A stretch of 64,000 bases of DNA from Verrucomicrobiota bacterium (lineage in GTDB: Bacteria; Verrucomicrobiota; Verrucomicrobiia; Limisphaerales; CANJXF01): NCBI GenBank assembly GCA_038214755.1, contig JBBQRQ010000002.1, positions 73,398-137,397 of the forward strand, in the 5' to 3' direction. This document shows positions 61,245 through 64,000 of the stretch, one piece after another. The position numbers and the translations under genes were made by a program. Position 1 is the first letter of the stretch, and every line of letters begins with the position of its first letter. Below the pieces are notes generated by a model that saw nothing but the letters and a program-made list of their open reading frames with translations, ran no database searches and was not told the DNA's origin.

Positions 61245-61259
61245 CTCTTCGCGCCCGGA

Positions 61260-62204
61260 TTATTTTTTCTCTGCCTCAATTCCCGCAAATAAATTCTCCA
61301 GACTATGGAGCGGAACATTTTTCTTCGAGGCAGGATTGAGAACTTGTTGCATGTAATCAATCGCATCCGGAATGGACTTCACCGAACGCGGCAACGTCGC
61401 GCCGCAAGCATTGGGGTGACCGCCGCCTTGCAGCTTTTGCGCGACGGGCAACGCCTCTCCGTTTTTGCTGCGGAAACTTACGACCATCGTCCCGTTGGCT
61501 TTGCGAAACAAAGTCATGAGCACCGGATACCGCGTCGCTTTTTGTTCCAACATTTGATGCACAATTAAATTCGTGTTGCCGACCACCGTGTCCACGTAGC
61601 CCAGTGATGGAGTGATTTCGCGAACGTTATTTTTGCTCCAGGCAAAGCCGAGCGGATCTTCGATGCGGCGTTTGACGGCCATGACTTCCAGCAGCGGATG
61701 ATCGAGCATTCTTTCCAACTCGCCCTCGATGAGCGCGTGAAGATTCCAAAACTGATACGTCTTGACCAGGTTCGCGTAATCGTTGGCGATGACGAAGTCC
61801 GGTTCATCTTCGAGAAATAAATCCGCGACATTGTTCAAATGAATCAGCCGATCCAATTCCGGCGAACCCATCCCATGTTCGCGGCATAACTCGTAGCAAA
61901 GAAGTGCCGCTGACTTGCCGGTGTCGTGAATGAGTCGCGCATTTTTCGGCGCAACTTCCGTCGTGTGATGATCGACGACCAACCAATTGGATTTGTCCGT
62001 GCGCGCTTCAAAAGTAAAATCACAAACCCACGCCGTCTTCTCCCGCAGATCGCGGACTTTCCAACTGTTGTAATGATGGGCTTCGAGTGGCGCGTCGATT
62101 CCAAATATTTTTTTTGCCAGCCGCTGCAAAAGGATTCCTGAAATAAATCCATCGAGATCGCTTTCGTGTGTGAAAATTATTTCCGGTTTCGCCAATGCAT
62201 CCAT
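61260..62204 (-). CDS. DHH/DHHA1 phosphoesterase
   Basis: HESDLDG, DHH, GGGHPNACG. Confidence 0.88.
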   Translation of the reverse strand: MDALAKPEIIFTHESDLDGFISGILLQRLAKKIFGIDAPLEAHHYNSWKVRDLREKTAWVCDFTFEARTDKSNWLVVDHHTTEVAPKNARLIHDTGKSAALLCYELCREHGMGSPELDRLIHLNNVADLFLEDEPDFVIANDYANLVKTYQFWNLHALIEGELERMLDHPLLEVMAVKRRIEDPLGFAWSKNNVREITPSLGYVDTVVGNTNLIVHQMLEQKATRYPVLMTLFRKANGTMVVSFRSKNGEALPVAQKLQGGGHPNACGATLPRSVKSIPDAIDYMQQVLNPASKKNVPLHSLENLFAGIEAEKK

Positions 62205-62265
62205 AAAGAAACGCTAGGGGAAGCTCGCGCGCGTATCCAGCAGGGAATTGGGAATGTGAAAATAC

Positions 62266-62433
62266 CGGGTAGCATCTGCCTCCGGCGGGTGCGAAAACAT
62301 TTCTTAATTCGAGGTCCGTTGTTTGATGTTCCGTGTTGGACGTTGGTTTTAATTTTCAAAATGTCGAACATCGAACATCCAACGCTGAACATCGAATGGG
62401 TTTTTCACACCCGCCGGAGGCAGATGCTACCCG
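62266..62433. repeat. GGGTAGCATCTGCC REP doublet enclosing a heptamer hairpin
   Basis: Same family as 36525-36681. Confidence 0.8.
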
Positions 62434-62498
62434 CCGCGCTCACCCGCACAGAACTTGCTTTTTTTCCGGGTTCCTGAGTTCCTGATAAAAATTTTCTC

Positions 62499-63305
62499 AT
62501 GAATTTATTTGATTTGAAAAATGAAATCGCAGTCGTGATTGGAGGAACCGGAGTTCTCGGCGGCGCGATGGCGGAAGGGCTGGCCAGCGCGGGGGCGAAG
62601 GTGGCGCTGCTCGGACGAAATGTCGAACGCGCGGCGGAACGCATTAAAAAAATCTGCGCGGCGGGGGGCGAGGCTGAATTTTTTCCCGCCGATGCGGTGT
62701 CGCGCGCAAGTTTGCAAAACGCTCGCGAGCAAATCGAAAAAACTTTTGGCGCAGTGACCATTCTCGTCAACGCCGCTGGAGGAAACGATCCGAAAGTCAC
62801 CGTCGTTGGCGAACAGAGTTTTGAGAGAATCACACTTGAAGATTGGCGCAACAATTTTGATTTGAATCTCGTTGGCGGAGTTTTGTTGCCGTGCCAGGAA
62901 TTTGGTCCGGGCATGGTGTCACGAGGAAAAGGAAGCATCATCAACATCGCCAGCGTCTCGGCGCACACGCCACTTTCGCGGATCGTGGCTTACTCCGCGT
63001 CGAAAGCCGCAGTGTTAAATTTGACGCAATTTTTGGCGCGTGAATGGGCGACGAAAAATGTGCGAGTGAATTCAATCACTCCGGGATTTTTTCCAGCGGA
63101 ACAAAATCGCAAATTGCTTTTTAACGACGATGGAACGCCTACCGCTCGCGCCGCTTCCATTCTTGGCCACACGCCGATGAACCGTTTTGGGAGCGCGGAA
63201 GAACTCATCGGCGCGGCTATTTTTTTAGCAAGTGCGAAGGCGAGCGGTTTCGTGACCGGAGCAGACATCCGTGTCGATGGCGGATTTTTAAGCCAGACGA
63301 TTTGA
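62499..63305 (+). CDS. SDR oxidoreductase (mannonate/gluconate dehydrogenase-like)
   Basis: GGTGVLG, NAAGG, YSASK, PGFFPAEQN. Confidence 0.9.
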   Translation: MNLFDLKNEIAVVIGGTGVLGGAMAEGLASAGAKVALLGRNVERAAERIKKICAAGGEAEFFPADAVSRASLQNAREQIEKTFGAVTILVNAAGGNDPKVTVVGEQSFERITLEDWRNNFDLNLVGGVLLPCQEFGPGMVSRGKGSIINIASVSAHTPLSRIVAYSASKAAVLNLTQFLAREWATKNVRVNSITPGFFPAEQNRKLLFNDDGTPTARAASILGHTPMNRFGSAEELIGAAIFLASAKASGFVTGADIRVDGGFLSQTI

Positions 63306-63328
63306 TGGTTGGATCGCAATTTATGCAG

Positions 63329-63586
63329 TCAGGCACCAGCGGGTTTCAGATCGACTACCTTCACCTCTTTGACCGCATGATCTGCCCAAAAGAAAACTGC
63401 CTGCCGACCGATAATAAGGACTTGAATTGGACGACCGATTTCGTCGCGCTCAACGTAATCGCCAGAGCGGTACGGGTCGTTTGCCAGTTCATCGAACAGT
63501 CGCGTCATGAGCAACTGCTCCTGGCGCCGGCAGGTTTTGAGAATCAAAATGACCTCCGCCGCGATGAAGACCCGGTAATAAGGCAT
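63329..63586 (-). CDS. RelE-like toxin
   Basis: YRVFI...LANDPY...FWADHAVKEVKVVDL. Confidence 0.6.
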   Translation of the reverse strand: MPYYRVFIAAEVILILKTCRRQEQLLMTRLFDELANDPYRSGDYVERDEIGRPIQVLIIGRQAVFFWADHAVKEVKVVDLKPAGA

Positions 63587-63792
63587 TAGTCTTTCCCATT
63601 TTCTCCAACTTCCTTTTTCCAATCATCGAGCGAAACCCAATTTGAGGGCGTACGATCGTCGATGCGCTGAGTCATTTCCGAACGCCAGGCGGTGTCATGT
63701 TGGAGCCGCAAATGGAGCAAATAAGCAGCGAGTTCCTTTTGCTGTTCGGTGGGCAAACCGGAAACCTCTCGCATCAATTCGGCCATGTTCAT
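63586..63792 (-). CDS. Putative antitoxin (addiction-module-like)
   Basis: LPTEQQKELAAYL...WVSLDDW; stop overlaps toxin start. Confidence 0.6.
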   Translation of the reverse strand: MNMAELMREVSGLPTEQQKELAAYLLHLRLQHDTAWRSEMTQRIDDRTPSNWVSLDDWKKEVGENGKD

Positions 63793-63843
63793 GGAAAAAA
63801 AATGACAGTTCCTGGTAGAATTGCAATCCACGGATTTGCGCGC

Positions 63844-64000
63844 GGTGTGATGTCAAGTGGCGGTCACGTAGCGCAGGATTGCATCCTGCTGTATCGCCGG
63901 TTTGAAACCGGCTGAACGTCGCAAATAGAGAGAGTCTTTAGGTTTCGAAGGTATCCCGTTCTGGCGGCATCTCGCAGGTTGAAAACCTGCGCTACGGCAG
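63844..64000. mobile_element. MITE/REP element of the 18827 family, cut by window edge
   Basis: GGTGTGATGTCAAGTGGCGGTCAC-GTAGCGCAGGATTGCATCCTGC. Confidence 0.7.

Overview
Bacterial chromosome segment, most likely Verrucomicrobiota (Pedosphaera-like), inferred from PVC-type gene families and repeats. Housekeeping genes are rpsB-tsf, prfB with its +1 frameshift, pilT and coaD-yceD-rpmF-plsX-fabH. The window also holds the end of a BatA/DUF4175/VWA/DUF4159-type operon, an MglA/MglB/PATAN small-GTPase module, a NirK-cytochrome c/NnrS/hemerythrin/globin nitrite-NO cluster, an aquaporin-ArsC pair, four type II TA pairs and many nested REP/MITE palindromes. The most unusual region is a minus-strand RNA-repair island (about 5.75-13.77 kb). 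It begins with non-canonical tRNA-like genes: all have a TGCAA T-loop, and those with a visible D-arm have AG in place of GG. These are followed by a SEC-C mini-gene split by a +1 frameshift at TTT-C, an HNH remnant, an RNA ligase and rtcB. Three cargo genes (two AAA-DUF4143 ATPases and YhcG) sit inside this operon, each bracketed by a short diverged copy of the neighbouring core-gene end (three rtcB starts, two HNH ends). All calls come from reading the sequence; no database searches were run.
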